From positions 4,636-68,635 of the forward strand of contig JAICXL010000005.1 in assembly GCA_025980475.1 (NCBI GenBank): 64,000 nucleotides of DNA, given 5' to 3'. The translations under genes were made by a program, and so were the position numbers. Under the pieces are notes generated by a model. It was not told the origin of the DNA and did no database searches. It was given only the letters and a program-made list of their open reading frames with translations. Below, one piece after another: positions 27,229 through 37,585 of the stretch (the stretch's first letter is position 1; every line of letters begins with the position of its first letter). This DNA comes from Nocardioidaceae bacterium. GTDB taxonomy: Bacteria; Actinomycetota; Actinomycetes; Propionibacteriales; Nocardioidaceae.

Positions 27229-27897
27229 GTGATCTACGAGGTCCTGCACAGCTTCGTCCCCCCGGTCGCCAAGGCGCTGTGGCGGCCGGACGTCCGCGGC
27301 CTCGAGAATGTCCCGCCCACCGGTGGGGTGATCCTGGCCAGCAACCACCTCAGCTTCGCCGACAGCGTGGTGATCCCGATCGTGGTGCCGCGCAAGGTGG
27401 TCTTCCTCGCCAAGTCCGACTACTTCACCGCCCCTGGCCTCGGCGGTGCCCTCCAGCGGGCGTGGTTCGAGGGGCTCGGGATGCTGCCGGTCGACCGCGA
27501 GGACACCAGGGCCGCGCTGACCTCCCTGGACACCGCGATGGCGGTGCTCGCCCGGGGGGAGGCGTTCGGGATCTACCCCGAGGGCACCCGGTCGCGCGAC
27601 GGACGGCTCTACCGCGGCCGCACCGGGGTGGCGCACCTGGCCCTGACGGCAGGCGTGCCCGTCGTACCCGTCGGGCTGCGTGGCACCGAGGAGCTCCAGC
27701 CGGTCGGCGCGAAGCTGCCCCGGCTGGTGAAGATCCGGGTCAGCCTGGGCGAGCCCATCGACTTCAAGAGCAGGTACGACGGTGTCCCCGCCGGCCGGGC
27801 CCGCCGCGAGGCGACCGACGAGATCATGGCCGCGATCCAGCAGCTGTCGGGCCAGGAACGCGCGGGCAGCTACAACGACCGCGCCCCCGACGCCTGA
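27229..27897 (+). CDS. lysophospholipid (1-acyl-sn-glycerol-3-phosphate) acyltransferase family protein
   Basis: HX4D motif (NHLSFAD) and YPEGTRSRDG block. GTG 27229 lies in frame within the 26683 track ORF. Confidence 0.8.
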   Translation: MIYEVLHSFVPPVAKALWRPDVRGLENVPPTGGVILASNHLSFADSVVIPIVVPRKVVFLAKSDYFTAPGLGGALQRAWFEGLGMLPVDREDTRAALTSLDTAMAVLARGEAFGIYPEGTRSRDGRLYRGRTGVAHLALTAGVPVVPVGLRGTEELQPVGAKLPRLVKIRVSLGEPIDFKSRYDGVPAGRARREATDEIMAAIQQLSGQERAGSYNDRAPDA

Positions 27898-28002
27898 GCG
27901 ACCGTCGTGGACCACCCGCCGCAGGAGGTGCCAACGGGAGCCCGGTCTGTCGGCAACATGTGCCGTCGCCCGGCCTGAGCGCGGACGGCTTGAATTCCTC
28001 CC

Positions 28003-30135
28003 ATGGAAGGCCAGCCCAGGACCGAGCGCCGCATCCGGATCGGCATCGACACCGGGGGCACCTTCACCGACGTGGTCGCCTTCGACGAGGACAGCGGCGA
28101 GCTGGTCAGCACCAAGACGCCCTCGACGCCGGCGAACCCGGCCGACGGCTTCATGGCCGGCATCGACAAGGTCCTCGGGCTCGTGGGCGCTGCGCCGGGC
28201 GCGGTCGCGGCGGTCAGCCACGGCACCACCGTCGCCACCAACCAGCTGCTCGAGGGCAAGGTGGAGCGGCTCGGCTTCGTCACCAACACCGGCTACGAGG
28301 CGATGCTCGAGATCGCCCGGCAGTCGGTGCCGGACGGCTACGGCAACTCCTACTTCTGGGTCAAGCCGGACCGGATCGTCCCGCGCGACCTGGTCAGGGG
28401 TGTCGAGGGCCGGCTGGACCACACCGGTGCCGAGGTCCGGCCGTTCGACGAGGCCGGCGCGCGGGGGGTGGCCCGCTGGTTCCGCGACCACGGCATCGAC
28501 ACCTTGGGCGTGTGCTTCCTGCACTCCTACGCCAACCCCGAGCACGAGGAGCGGATGCGCGCCGTGCTCCTCGAGGAGCATCCCGACGCGGTCGTCTCCC
28601 TGAGCAGTGCGGTGCTGCGGGAGTACCGCGAGTACGAGCGCGCGATGACCACCCTCGTCGACGCCGCGGTGAAGCCACGGCTGTCGCGCTACGTCGCCGA
28701 CATCACGGCCCGCTTGGCGGGCTACGCAGCCACCGCAGAGGAGTCTGCGGGGGGCGGTGCCCGTCGGGCGGTGCCGTTCTACGTGATGAAGTCCAACGGC
28801 GGCGTGCTCTCCGCCGAGCAGGTCGTGCACCAGCCGATCAGCACCGTCCTCTCGGGCCCGGCCGCCGGGGCGCTGGGGGCCGCGACGGTCGCGAAGGTGG
28901 CCGGCTTCGACCGGGTGCTCACCAGCGACGGGGGAGGCACCTCGACCGACGTCGCCCTGGTCGTCGACGGTGAGCCGACCCTGACCACGGAGGGGAGCGT
29001 CGGCGCCTTCCCCAGCAAGATCCCGATGATCGACGTGGTCACCGTGGGTGCCGGCGGCGGCTCGATCGCGTGGCTCTCGCCCGAGGGCACCCTCAAGGTC
29101 GGACCCCGGTCGGCCGGTGCCGATCCGGGGCCGCTGTGCTACGGCAAGGGCGGCACCGAGGTGACGATCACGGACGCCCACGCCTCCCTCGGCCGGATCC
29201 CGCCGCACCTGCTCGGCGGTGAGATCCCGCTCGACGTGGCCGCGGCCCGCAAGGGTGTCGAGGCGCTTGCCGCGCAGCTCGGCCTGGGCACCGTGGCCTG
29301 CGCGACCGGCATCCTCGAGGTATCCGCGTGGAACCAGGCCAACGCGTTGCGCCAGGTGACCGTCAAGCGTGGCCTCGACGTCCGCGACTTCACGCTGGTG
29401 ACCTTCGGGGGCTCCGGCTCGCTGCTGCTGTGCCGGCTGATGGACATCCTCGGCATCCCGACCGTGCTCGTCCCGCCGGACCCCGGGAACGTCTCGGCGT
29501 TCGGGCTGCTCACCGTGGACGTCAGGAACGACTACGTGCAGACCCACGTCGCGCTCGCGGACGCGCTCGACCCCGCGACCGTCGGGCAGGTGTACGACGA
29601 CCTCACCCGTGACGCCGCCGACGCACTGGTCCGTGAGGGCTTCCCACCCGATGAGCACGTGCTCGTCCGCACCGCCGACGTGCGCTACTTCGGTCAGGCG
29701 TTCGAGGTACGGGTCGCCGTACCCGACGGTCCGGTCGACAGCGCCCTCCTCGCCGAGGTGGCCGGGCGGTTCCACGCCGGGCACAGGGCGCTCTACGGCT
29801 ACGACTTCGCCGAGGACCCCGCCCAGCAGGTCGAGTGGGTCAACCTGCGGGTCACCGGGATCGGCCCGATCCGCCGGCCCGAGATCCGGCAGCACGCCGT
29901 CCAGCCGACCGCGCCGACCACCGCCCCCCGCAGCGTCCGGTCGGTCTGGTTCGACGCCGAGGGTGGCTACGACGAGACCCCGGTCCACTGGCGGCCCGAC
30001 CTGGCCCCGGGTGCGGTCGTCGCCGGGCCGGCGGTCATCGAGGAGTTCGGTTCGACGGTGCCGCTGCACCCGGGGTTCGTCGCCCGCGTCGACGAGTTCC
30101 TCAACATCGTGGTGACCAGGGAGGCCGGCCGATGA
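28003..30135 (+). CDS. hyuA: hydantoinase/oxoprolinase family protein, A (HyuA-like) subunit
   Basis: 710 aa with RIGIDTGGTFTDVV at the N-terminus, typical of hydantoinase A / 5-oxoprolinase / acetone-carboxylase beta. Confidence 0.85.
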   Translation: MEGQPRTERRIRIGIDTGGTFTDVVAFDEDSGELVSTKTPSTPANPADGFMAGIDKVLGLVGAAPGAVAAVSHGTTVATNQLLEGKVERLGFVTNTGYEAMLEIARQSVPDGYGNSYFWVKPDRIVPRDLVRGVEGRLDHTGAEVRPFDEAGARGVARWFRDHGIDTLGVCFLHSYANPEHEERMRAVLLEEHPDAVVSLSSAVLREYREYERAMTTLVDAAVKPRLSRYVADITARLAGYAATAEESAGGGARRAVPFYVMKSNGGVLSAEQVVHQPISTVLSGPAAGALGAATVAKVAGFDRVLTSDGGGTSTDVALVVDGEPTLTTEGSVGAFPSKIPMIDVVTVGAGGGSIAWLSPEGTLKVGPRSAGADPGPLCYGKGGTEVTITDAHASLGRIPPHLLGGEIPLDVAAARKGVEALAAQLGLGTVACATGILEVSAWNQANALRQVTVKRGLDVRDFTLVTFGGSGSLLLCRLMDILGIPTVLVPPDPGNVSAFGLLTVDVRNDYVQTHVALADALDPATVGQVYDDLTRDAADALVREGFPPDEHVLVRTADVRYFGQAFEVRVAVPDGPVDSALLAEVAGRFHAGHRALYGYDFAEDPAQQVEWVNLRVTGIGPIRRPEIRQHAVQPTAPTTAPRSVRSVWFDAEGGYDETPVHWRPDLAPGAVVAGPAVIEEFGSTVPLHPGFVARVDEFLNIVVTREAGR

Positions 30136-32057
30136 CCGACAGCCGCAGGGCGCCGACGCAGTTCCCCTTCGGCATGCTGACCGCCGACGCGGGTGCGGGC
30201 GCCGACCCGGTGCTGGTCGAGATCGTGCAGGGCTCGCTGGCCAGCGTGGAGCTGGAGGTCGAGACCGCGATCGCGCGCACCAGCCGCAGCCCGATGATCC
30301 GCGACGCCCACGACTTCCGCGCCGGCATCCACGACCGGCTGCTGCGCAAGCTCACCGGCCGCTCCTACTCGGCGCTCGTGCACCCCGTCGCGCGCGACTT
30401 CCCGATCGAGCAGATGCGTGCGGGCGACGTCTTCTTCCACAACGACGTCTACCGCTCCGAAGGCGGCATCGGCCACCTGCCCGACCTGTGCGTGACGGTG
30501 CCGGTGTTCGGCGGCACCTCCGGGCCACGCCGCGTCGTCGCGTTCGTGCAGGCCTTCGGGCACCACGACGACATCGGCGGGGCGGTCCCCGGCTCGATGC
30601 CCTCGCACGCCACCACGGTCTTCGAGGAGGGCCTGATGGTGCCCCCGATCCGGCTCTGGGACGCCGGCGTGCCGAACCGCAGCGCGCTGGCGATCATGAC
30701 CCGCAACAGCCGGATGCCGGAGTCGCTGGCCGCCGACCTCGACGCCGAGTGCTCGGCGTGCCTGATGGGAGCGCGGCGACTGGGCGAGCTCTTCGACCGC
30801 TACGGCGTGGAGACGGTCGAGTCGTGCTTCGACGCCATCATCGACCGCACCACCCAGACCTACCGCCGCGAGATCCTCTCCAGGATCCCGGTCGGGCAGT
30901 GGACCTGGGAGGACTACGCCGAGCACGACGGCGTCGACGAGCCCAGGCTGCACGCCCAGCGGATCACGCTGACCCGGACGGCGGCCGACGACCCCGGCGG
31001 CGAGCGGCTGGTCCTCGACTTCGCGGGCACCTCGCCACAGGCGAAGGGCCCGATCAACCACTGCGGCGACTACAGCGACGGCGTCTTCCTGAAGAAGTGG
31101 CTCGCCCCGATCCTGCGCAACCTTGCCGACACGCCTGCCCGGATGGCCGAGCTCGACGTCAACGAGGGCGTCGTTCCGCTCATCGAGATGCGCTTCCCGC
31201 CGCCGGGCACGCTGCTCACCCCGGTCTTCCCCGCCCCGACCAACGCGCGCACCTTCGTGATCCTGCGGCTGCTCGGCGTGCTGGCCGGTGTCGTGGCCAA
31301 GGCGGTGGACGGCCGGATGCCCGCCGACCAGGAGACGATCCGCTACACCGGGGTCTACGGCGAGGACGCCGACGGCCGGCCCTACCTGATGCGCGAGGTG
31401 CTCGGCGGCGGGTCGGGCGGTCGCTACTACGCCGACGGGGAGGACACCATCCACGTCGTTCCCGACTCCCGCAACCTGCCCACCGAGTTCACCGAGGCAC
31501 GGTTCCCCTTCCGCGTCGAGAGCCTGTCGTTGGCCGTGGACTCCGGCGGCGCCGGGCAGTTCCGCGGTGGCCTCGGCTACGAGAAGCAGATCCGGATGCT
31601 GAAGGACGCCCACTTCATGTCGATCGCCGACCGGTCGATCCTCTCCTGCTGGGGAGTTCGCGGCGGCAGGGCGGGCCAGCCGTTCAGCGTCACCATCGAC
31701 CCCGGCGGTCCGGACGAGCGCGAGGTCGACGCCCTGGCCGACGCCGAGCCGGTGCGGGCCGGCGAGGTGATCCGGATCCGCACCACCGGCGGCGGCGGCT
31801 GGGGCGACCCGCTCGAGCGGGACCCGGCCCTGGTCGTGCGCGACGTGGTCTGGCACAAGGTCTCAGCGGCGGCGGCGTTCGCGGACTACGGCGTCGTACT
31901 CACCGGGGCGGCTGCCGACGACAACCTCGGGTACGACGAGGCGGCCACCTCTCGCGAGCGTGCCTCGCGTGCGCCTGCCGAGCGCTTCTTCGACCGGGGC
32001 CCCGGCTATGCACGGCTCAGCGGCGGCGAAACCGCTGCCGCCGTCGACGCGCGCTGA
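30132..32057 (+). CDS. hyuB: hydantoinase B/oxoprolinase family protein (HyuB-like)
   Basis: ATGA overlap with hyuA. DPVLVEIVQGSL..IARTSRSPMIRDAHDF is typical of HyuB. Confidence 0.85.
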   Translation: MTDSRRAPTQFPFGMLTADAGAGADPVLVEIVQGSLASVELEVETAIARTSRSPMIRDAHDFRAGIHDRLLRKLTGRSYSALVHPVARDFPIEQMRAGDVFFHNDVYRSEGGIGHLPDLCVTVPVFGGTSGPRRVVAFVQAFGHHDDIGGAVPGSMPSHATTVFEEGLMVPPIRLWDAGVPNRSALAIMTRNSRMPESLAADLDAECSACLMGARRLGELFDRYGVETVESCFDAIIDRTTQTYRREILSRIPVGQWTWEDYAEHDGVDEPRLHAQRITLTRTAADDPGGERLVLDFAGTSPQAKGPINHCGDYSDGVFLKKWLAPILRNLADTPARMAELDVNEGVVPLIEMRFPPPGTLLTPVFPAPTNARTFVILRLLGVLAGVVAKAVDGRMPADQETIRYTGVYGEDADGRPYLMREVLGGGSGGRYYADGEDTIHVVPDSRNLPTEFTEARFPFRVESLSLAVDSGGAGQFRGGLGYEKQIRMLKDAHFMSIADRSILSCWGVRGGRAGQPFSVTIDPGGPDEREVDALADAEPVRAGEVIRIRTTGGGGWGDPLERDPALVVRDVVWHKVSAAAAFADYGVVLTGAAADDNLGYDEAATSRERASRAPAERFFDRGPGYARLSGGETAAAVDAR

Positions 32058-32414
32058 TCAGCTCCGCGTCAGGGCGTAGGCACCGGCGGCCGCGAACCCG
32101 GCCGAGGTCAGCGCGCCCATCGCGCGTGCGCGTGCCGGCGCGCCGCTCGCGCCGGCGATCAGGATCGTGTCCGCGGCGCTCATGCCCGTGGTCATCATCA
32201 TCAGCCGCCGCTGCTCGCTCTTCCCCTCGCTCAGCAGGAGCGCTGTTCCGATGACCGCGGTGCGGGTGCCCCACAGCCGCGTCATCGCCCGGGTGTCCGG
32301 GGCGTTGGACATGCCGTACAAGCCCGCGAACAGACGCGGGGTCAGGGCTGCCACGACCCCGAACGTCAACCCGGCAATGGCCGATGACTTGGTGATGTCT
32401 TCCGCGACTCCCAT
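32058..32414 (-). CDS. DUF4267-like small membrane protein
   Basis: 118-aa 3' portion of the 325-aa track ORF starting at ATG 32414; hydrophobic Gly/Ala-rich helices. Its stop abuts the hyuB stop. Confidence 0.5.
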   Translation of the reverse strand: MGVAEDITKSSAIAGLTFGVVAALTPRLFAGLYGMSNAPDTRAMTRLWGTRTAVIGTALLLSEGKSEQRRLMMMTTGMSAADTILIAGASGAPARARAMGALTSAGFAAAGAYALTRS

Positions 32415-32501
32415 GGCACGCTCCAGGGTTCGGCTCCGACGGCACTGTGCCGCCTGCTGCCACGCTACGGCGCTGCTCCCGACCCGTCCATAGGCATCCC
32501 G

Positions 32502-32924
32502 GTGCCGCGCACCGGGCCGTTTCGCGCGATGTCCTACGCTCGGAGCACCATGGAGGAGATGAAGGCCCGCAGGGTCGTCGATGCGCTTCGGGACCGCGGC
32601 ACGGATGCTGACCTGGCGCGCGTGGGCGTTCACCAGTTCGGGATCACCGTGCACCTCCGCGACGGCCGCGAGGCGGTCTGGGACTCCGACGACACCGCGT
32701 CGCTTGAGGCCCAGGTGATGCGCGACGGGATGCTGGTCGGCTTCGTGCCGGTGGTCGACGGGTCCGAGGACTACACCGAGGAGCAGGTCATCGACACGAT
32801 CGTCCGCGCCGACTACGACCAGCCGGTCGCCTCGCTGCGCACCGAGGCGCCGCCGCCGACACCCGCCCTGCCCCGCCGGGGCGGGCTGTTCCGCCGGTTC
32901 ATGGACGGTTTCCGCTACCGCTGA
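32502..32924 (+). CDS. hypothetical protein
   Basis: Good GC3 coding pattern and no recognised domain. Start uncertain (GTG 32502, ATG 32529, ATG 32550). Confidence 0.5.
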   Translation: MPRTGPFRAMSYARSTMEEMKARRVVDALRDRGTDADLARVGVHQFGITVHLRDGREAVWDSDDTASLEAQVMRDGMLVGFVPVVDGSEDYTEEQVIDTIVRADYDQPVASLRTEAPPPTPALPRRGGLFRRFMDGFRYR

Positions 32925-33057
32925 GCGCGTGGCCCGCGTGCCTGGCGCGGGTCCTCGGCCTGGTCCACCCAGATGTCGTTCATGCTCGTCGATCCTCCAT
33001 CTCCTCATGACCCCGCCGCCGCTGCGCATCCGCACGACCCGGCGACCGTCCCAGGGG

Positions 33058-33441
33058 TCAGTGCACCCGGTCGTGCGGCATCGGCAGCGGACTCACGCCG
33101 CCGAGGCGTCGCTGGAAGCGGACGTGCTCGGCGTGTGCGTCGAGCAGCCGCCAGAGTGCCTGGTGGGCGGCCCACGGCAGGGGGTCCTCGTCGCGCCGCC
33201 AGCTCGGCCCGAAGCTGATCCAGACCGGTGTCCAGTCCGCAGCTGCGTCCCAGGCGCCGCGGTGCTGCATCAGCATCCGGCGCCGGATCTGGAACGCGGT
33301 CCGGGGTCCGTCTGCGCAGGTCGGCGCGCTGCGTACCGGCCAGAGGTGCAGGTCGAGGGTCATCAGCTCAAGCTCGACGTCGGTCAGCACGCTCGGGTCG
33401 ACCAGGACGGTCGCCACGTTCTCGTGCGGGCCGCGTCTCAT
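33058..33441 (-). CDS. hypothetical protein
   Basis: 127 aa with a GC3-rich frame. No recognised motif and no clear RBS. Confidence 0.45.
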   Translation of the reverse strand: MRRGPHENVATVLVDPSVLTDVELELMTLDLHLWPVRSAPTCADGPRTAFQIRRRMLMQHRGAWDAAADWTPVWISFGPSWRRDEDPLPWAAHQALWRLLDAHAEHVRFQRRLGGVSPLPMPHDRVH

Positions 33442-33571
33442 CGGGGCAACCTAACCGGTGACCGCACGGCCGCGAAAGCCCCTGAGGCGGGTGAACCTTC
33501 GACGAGCCCGCCACGTGTGAAGGGAATGGGAGGGGGCACCGGAGGCGCCCCTGCCGACAGGAGAGCCGCCC

Positions 33572-34837
33572 GTGAGCACGCGCGTCGAGGCAGCACGACC
33601 ACCGGACCCGACGACCTCGGCCTGGGACCTGGTCATCGTCGGGGCCGGGCCTGCCGGAGCCGCGACCGCGCTCGGAGCGCTGGGCGCGGACCCGGGCCTG
33701 CGGGTGGCGCTGCTCGACCGCGCCGACTTCCCGCGCGACAAGGCCTGCGGTGACGGCGTCGCACCCCACGTCGTGGACCTCCTCGAGGCGGCCGGCGTCA
33801 CCGGGGTGGTCGACGGATGCGTGCCGGTGCCACGGCTGCGACTCTCCCGCGGCGGGCTCTGCGCCGACCGGACGATGACGCGTCCGGCCTGGGTGGTGCC
33901 CCGCACGGTCCTCGACCAGCGGATGGTCAGCGCCGCGCAACAGGCCGGGGCGACGCTTCTTCGCCACCGCACGCGGGCCCTGCAGCGGCGCGACCGGACG
34001 ATCGTGGTGGACCGCAGGCACGAGGCCTCGGTCGTCGTCGGCGCGGACGGCGCGCACTCAGTGGTCCGCAAGGCATCCGGCGTGCCCAGGAGCCCGATGG
34101 CCGTTGCGCTGCGTGGCTACGCACCGACGCCCGCCGACCGCTCAGGCATGCAGGTGCTGGTCTTCGGCACGAGCCGGCTCCCGTCGTACGCCTGGTCCTT
34201 CGACCGCGGCGACGGCCTGGCCAACATCGGGTACGGCGAGCTGCTGACCGGGCGTGACCGCCCGACCCGGGCCGAGCTGCTCGCCCGGCTCGACGAGCTG
34301 CTGCCCGGTGCCGCCCACGACGCCCGGAACTGGCGCGGTGCCCAGCTGCCCCTCTCCGGATGGCGCTGGCGACCACCAGATGGCCGCGTGCTGCTGGTCG
34401 GTGACGCCGCCGGCCTGGTCAACCCGATGACCGGCGAGGGCATCTACTACGCCGTGGCTACCGGGCTGGCCGCGGGGCGGGCCGCTGCGGAGGCGATCAG
34501 TGCGGGCCGTCCCGACACAGCGGGCGCGCGCTACCGCGCCGCCAGCGGGCCGGTGCTGGGCCGGCACCTGCCGCACAGTGCCACGGCTGCCCGGCTCTGC
34601 CGCGCCGGCGTGGTCATCGACGCGGGCCTGCGCGCCTCTGCGGCCGACCAGCGCGTCTTCGACGACCTCGTCGAGCTGGGGCTCGCCTGTGGCGGGATCA
34701 CGCCGGCCATGGCCCGTGGGGTGGCCCGCGGTGTGGCCCGCGGCCTGATCGGTGGCCGGGCCGGACGACCACGCACGACCATCCAGCCCGCGAGCCAGTC
34801 GCCGGAGAGGCAGGGGAGCCGAGAATGCGAATCGTGA
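33572..34837 (+). CDS. geranylgeranyl-reductase-family FAD-dependent oxidoreductase
   Basis: [13 protein letters not shown] dinucleotide fold, KACGDG, and [21 protein letters not shown]. Confidence 0.85.
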   Translation: MSTRVEAARPPDPTTSAWDLVIVGAGPAGAATALGALGADPGLRVALLDRADFPRDKACGDGVAPHVVDLLEAAGVTGVVDGCVPVPRLRLSRGGLCADRTMTRPAWVVPRTVLDQRMVSAAQQAGATLLRHRTRALQRRDRTIVVDRRHEASVVVGADGAHSVVRKASGVPRSPMAVALRGYAPTPADRSGMQVLVFGTSRLPSYAWSFDRGDGLANIGYGELLTGRDRPTRAELLARLDELLPGAAHDARNWRGAQLPLSGWRWRPPDGRVLLVGDAAGLVNPMTGEGIYYAVATGLAAGRAAAEAISAGRPDTAGARYRAASGPVLGRHLPHSATAARLCRAGVVIDAGLRASAADQRVFDDLVELGLACGGITPAMARGVARGVARGLIGGRAGRPRTTIQPASQSPERQGSRECES

Positions 34838-35916
34838 GCGTCCAGGGGGTCCTCCCCGAGCACCGCTACGAGCAGGCGCAGATCACCAGGTCGTTCACCA
34901 CCTCGATGCTGCGCGGGCAGGTCGACGAGGCCGTCGTCGCGCGCCTGCACCGCAACGCCCGCGTCGAGTCCCGGCACCTGGTGCTGCCGCTGGAGCGCTA
35001 CGGCGAGCTGCGCGACTTCGGCGAGTCCAACGACATCTTCATCGCCGCCGGCGTCGAGCTCGGCGCCCGCGCGGTCACCGACGCGCTGAAGGCCGCCGGC
35101 CTCACCCCGCAGGACGTCGACCTGATCGTGTCGGCGACGGTGACCGGGCTCGCCGTACCCTCCCTCGACGCCCGGATCGCCGCGCTCACCGGGATGCGGC
35201 CCGACGTGGTGCGGATGCCCCTGGTCGGTCTTGGCTGCGTTGCGGGCGCCGCCGGGGTGGCGCGGCTGCACGACTACCTGGTCGGGCACCCGGACGCCGT
35301 CGCCGTGCTGATGTCGGTGGAGCTGTGCTCGCTGACCCTGCAGCGCGACGACGTGTCGGCGCCGAACCTGGTGGCCAGTGGCCTGTTCGGCGACGGCGCC
35401 GCGGCTGTGGTGGCCGTCGGTGACCACCGGGCCCGCGACTGGGGGACCGACTCGCCCGGCCCGCCACGGCCGGACGTGCTGGCCTGCCGCAGCCGGCTCT
35501 ACCCCGACTCGGAGCGCACGATGGGCTGGGACGTCGGTGCGACCGGGCTGAAGATCGTGCTCGACGCCCACGTGCCGGAGCTGGTCAACGCCTACGTCGG
35601 TGATGATGTCCGCGGCTTCCTCGCCGACCACGGGCTGGGCCAGGACGACGTCGAGTGGTATGTCGCGCACCCAGGTGGACCGAAGGTGCTCGAGGCGATG
35701 CAGGACACCCTCGGGCTCGGGCAGGACGCCCTGCAGCTCACCTGGGACTCGCTGGCGCGGATCGGCAACCTCTCCTCGGCCTCGGTCCTGCACGTGCTGG
35801 CCGACACGCTCGTGCACCGGCCGCCGCGACCGGGGTCCTACGGACTGATGCTCGCGATGGGTCCGGGGTTCTGCTCCGAGCTGGTGCTGCTGCGCGCACC
35901 CGAGGCTGCCGGGTGA
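34825..35916 (+). CDS. type III polyketide synthase (chalcone/stilbene-synthase family, SrsA-like)
   Basis: Catalytic Cys ([10 protein letters not shown]), His ([11 protein letters not shown]) and Asn (IGNLSSASV). An alternative GTG start at 34834 would give a GTGA overlap with the upstream stop. Confidence 0.9.
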   Translation: MRIVSVQGVLPEHRYEQAQITRSFTTSMLRGQVDEAVVARLHRNARVESRHLVLPLERYGELRDFGESNDIFIAAGVELGARAVTDALKAAGLTPQDVDLIVSATVTGLAVPSLDARIAALTGMRPDVVRMPLVGLGCVAGAAGVARLHDYLVGHPDAVAVLMSVELCSLTLQRDDVSAPNLVASGLFGDGAAAVVAVGDHRARDWGTDSPGPPRPDVLACRSRLYPDSERTMGWDVGATGLKIVLDAHVPELVNAYVGDDVRGFLADHGLGQDDVEWYVAHPGGPKVLEAMQDTLGLGQDALQLTWDSLARIGNLSSASVLHVLADTLVHRPPRPGSYGLMLAMGPGFCSELVLLRAPEAAG

Positions 35917-36470
35917 GCAGCGAGGCCTGGTTCACGCTCCTGGTCGGCGTGGTCGCGCTGGAGCGGCTGGCCGAGCTGGTCACCTCGAAGCGCAACGCCG
36001 CCTGGAGCAGGGCGCGCGGCGGCCGGGAGACCGGGCAGCGGCACTACGCGGTGATGGTCGTGCTGCACAGCGGCCTGCTGGCCGGTGCGCTCGCCGAGAC
36101 CTGGGCGCGGCGACCGGCGTTCGTCCCGGTGCTCGGGTGGACGATGCTCGCGCTGGTGCTGGCCTCCCAGGCGCTGCGGTGGTGGTGCATCAGCACGCTC
36201 GGACCGCGCTGGAACACGAGGGTGATCGTCGTGCCCGGTCTGGCCCCGGTGGCTGCCGGGCCCTACCGCTGGCTGCGCCACCCCAACTACGTCGCGGTCG
36301 TCGTCGAGGGGTTCGCCCTGCCGCTCGTGCACACGGCCTGGATCACCGCGGCCGTGTTCACCGCCTGCAACGCCGCCCTGCTCGCGGTGCGGATCCGGGT
36401 CGAGGAGGCCGCCCTGGCCACGCTGCCGGGCGCGCCCGGCGCCGCCGGGGTCGCCGGGGCCGGGCGGTGA
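35913..36470 (+). CDS. isoprenylcysteine carboxyl methyltransferase (ICMT)-family membrane methyltransferase (SrsB-like)
   Basis: GTGA overlap with the PKS gene. TM helices and [17 protein letters not shown] motif. Confidence 0.85.
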   Translation: MSSEAWFTLLVGVVALERLAELVTSKRNAAWSRARGGRETGQRHYAVMVVLHSGLLAGALAETWARRPAFVPVLGWTMLALVLASQALRWWCISTLGPRWNTRVIVVPGLAPVAAGPYRWLRHPNYVAVVVEGFALPLVHTAWITAAVFTACNAALLAVRIRVEEAALATLPGAPGAAGVAGAGR

Positions 36471-37495
36471 CCGACCTGCTCGTCGTCGGCGGTGGCCCGG
36501 CCGGCCTGGCCACGGCGCTCTACGGCGCCCGCGCCGGCCTGTCCGTGACCGTGCGCGAGCAACGCGCCGGTGTCATCGACAAGGCCTGCGGGGAGGGACT
36601 GATGCCGGGGGCCGTGACAGCCCTCGCCGACCTGGGCGTGTCGCCGGCCGGCCAGGAGCTGTGCGGGATCCGCTACGTGGCCCCCGGCCGACGGGCCGAG
36701 GCCCGCTTCCGCCGCGGTCCCGGCCGGGGGGTACGACGCACCACCCTGCATGCCGCGCTCAGGTCGGCCGCGCTGGCTGCGGGGGTCGAGCTCGAGCAGC
36801 GGGCCGTCTCCGACCTGCGGCAGCACGCCGACGGGGTCACCGTCGACGGCGAGCGCGTGTCGTGGGTGGTCGCCGCCGACGGCCTGCACTCGTCGGTCCG
36901 TCGCGGCCTCGGGCTGGAGGGACCGGCGACGCCGCACCGGCGCTACGGGCTGCGCCGGCACTTCAGGGTCGCGCCGTGGACGTCGTTCGTCGAGGTGCAC
37001 TGGGCCGACTCGACCGAGGCCTACCTCACCCCGGTGGCCCCCGACCTGCTCGGCGTCGCGCTGCTGACCTCGGCGCGCGGACCGTCCTTCGACCACCACC
37101 TCGCGCGGCTCCCGGAGCTCCGCGAGCGGCTCGCCGGGGCCACCCCGGCCGGGCCTGTGCTGGGCGCCGGCCCGCTGCGACAGCGGGTGCGCTCCCGGGT
37201 GGCCGGCCGGGTGCTGCTGGTCGGGGACGCCTCGGGCTACGTCGACGCGCTGACCGGTGAGGGCGTGGCCCTCGCCCTGGCCCAGGCCCGGGCCGCGGTG
37301 GCTGCCATCGTCGACGGCGACCCGCAGCGCTACGAACGGCACTGGCACGCGCTGACCCGTCGCTACCGGTTGCTCACGGCGTCGCTCCTCGGCGCCACGC
37401 GTGTGCCGCCGCTGCGCCGCGCCCTCGTCCCGACCGCGGAGCGGCTGCCGTTCGCCTTCGCGGCCGCGGTGAACAGCCTGGCCCGGCCGGTGTGA
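36467..37495 (+). CDS. FAD-dependent oxidoreductase/hydroxylase (SrsC-like position)
   Basis: GTGA overlap upstream. LLVVGGGPAGLA, KACGEG and LLVGDASGYVDALTGEGVALA. Confidence 0.85.
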   Translation: MTDLLVVGGGPAGLATALYGARAGLSVTVREQRAGVIDKACGEGLMPGAVTALADLGVSPAGQELCGIRYVAPGRRAEARFRRGPGRGVRRTTLHAALRSAALAAGVELEQRAVSDLRQHADGVTVDGERVSWVVAADGLHSSVRRGLGLEGPATPHRRYGLRRHFRVAPWTSFVEVHWADSTEAYLTPVAPDLLGVALLTSARGPSFDHHLARLPELRERLAGATPAGPVLGAGPLRQRVRSRVAGRVLLVGDASGYVDALTGEGVALALAQARAAVAAIVDGDPQRYERHWHALTRRYRLLTASLLGATRVPPLRRALVPTAERLPFAFAAAVNSLARPV

Positions 37496-37585
37496 AGGCG
37501 ATTGGCACAAGTTGCCGTGGCCCGGGCCGGCCGTTGGCTGTTCCTGCCCGTGCCGGGCCGTCGACGCCCCCCTAGATTCGACGCC

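Noticed and set aside
32915-32983. 22-codon minus-strand mini-ORF (MNDIWVDQAEDPRQARGPRAQR) with a GGAGATGGAGGA RBS-like sequence upstream.
   Set aside because: It is too short and compositionally unremarkable, it overlaps the 3' end of the convergent 32502-32924 gene, and there is no way to support it without conservation or Ribo-seq data.
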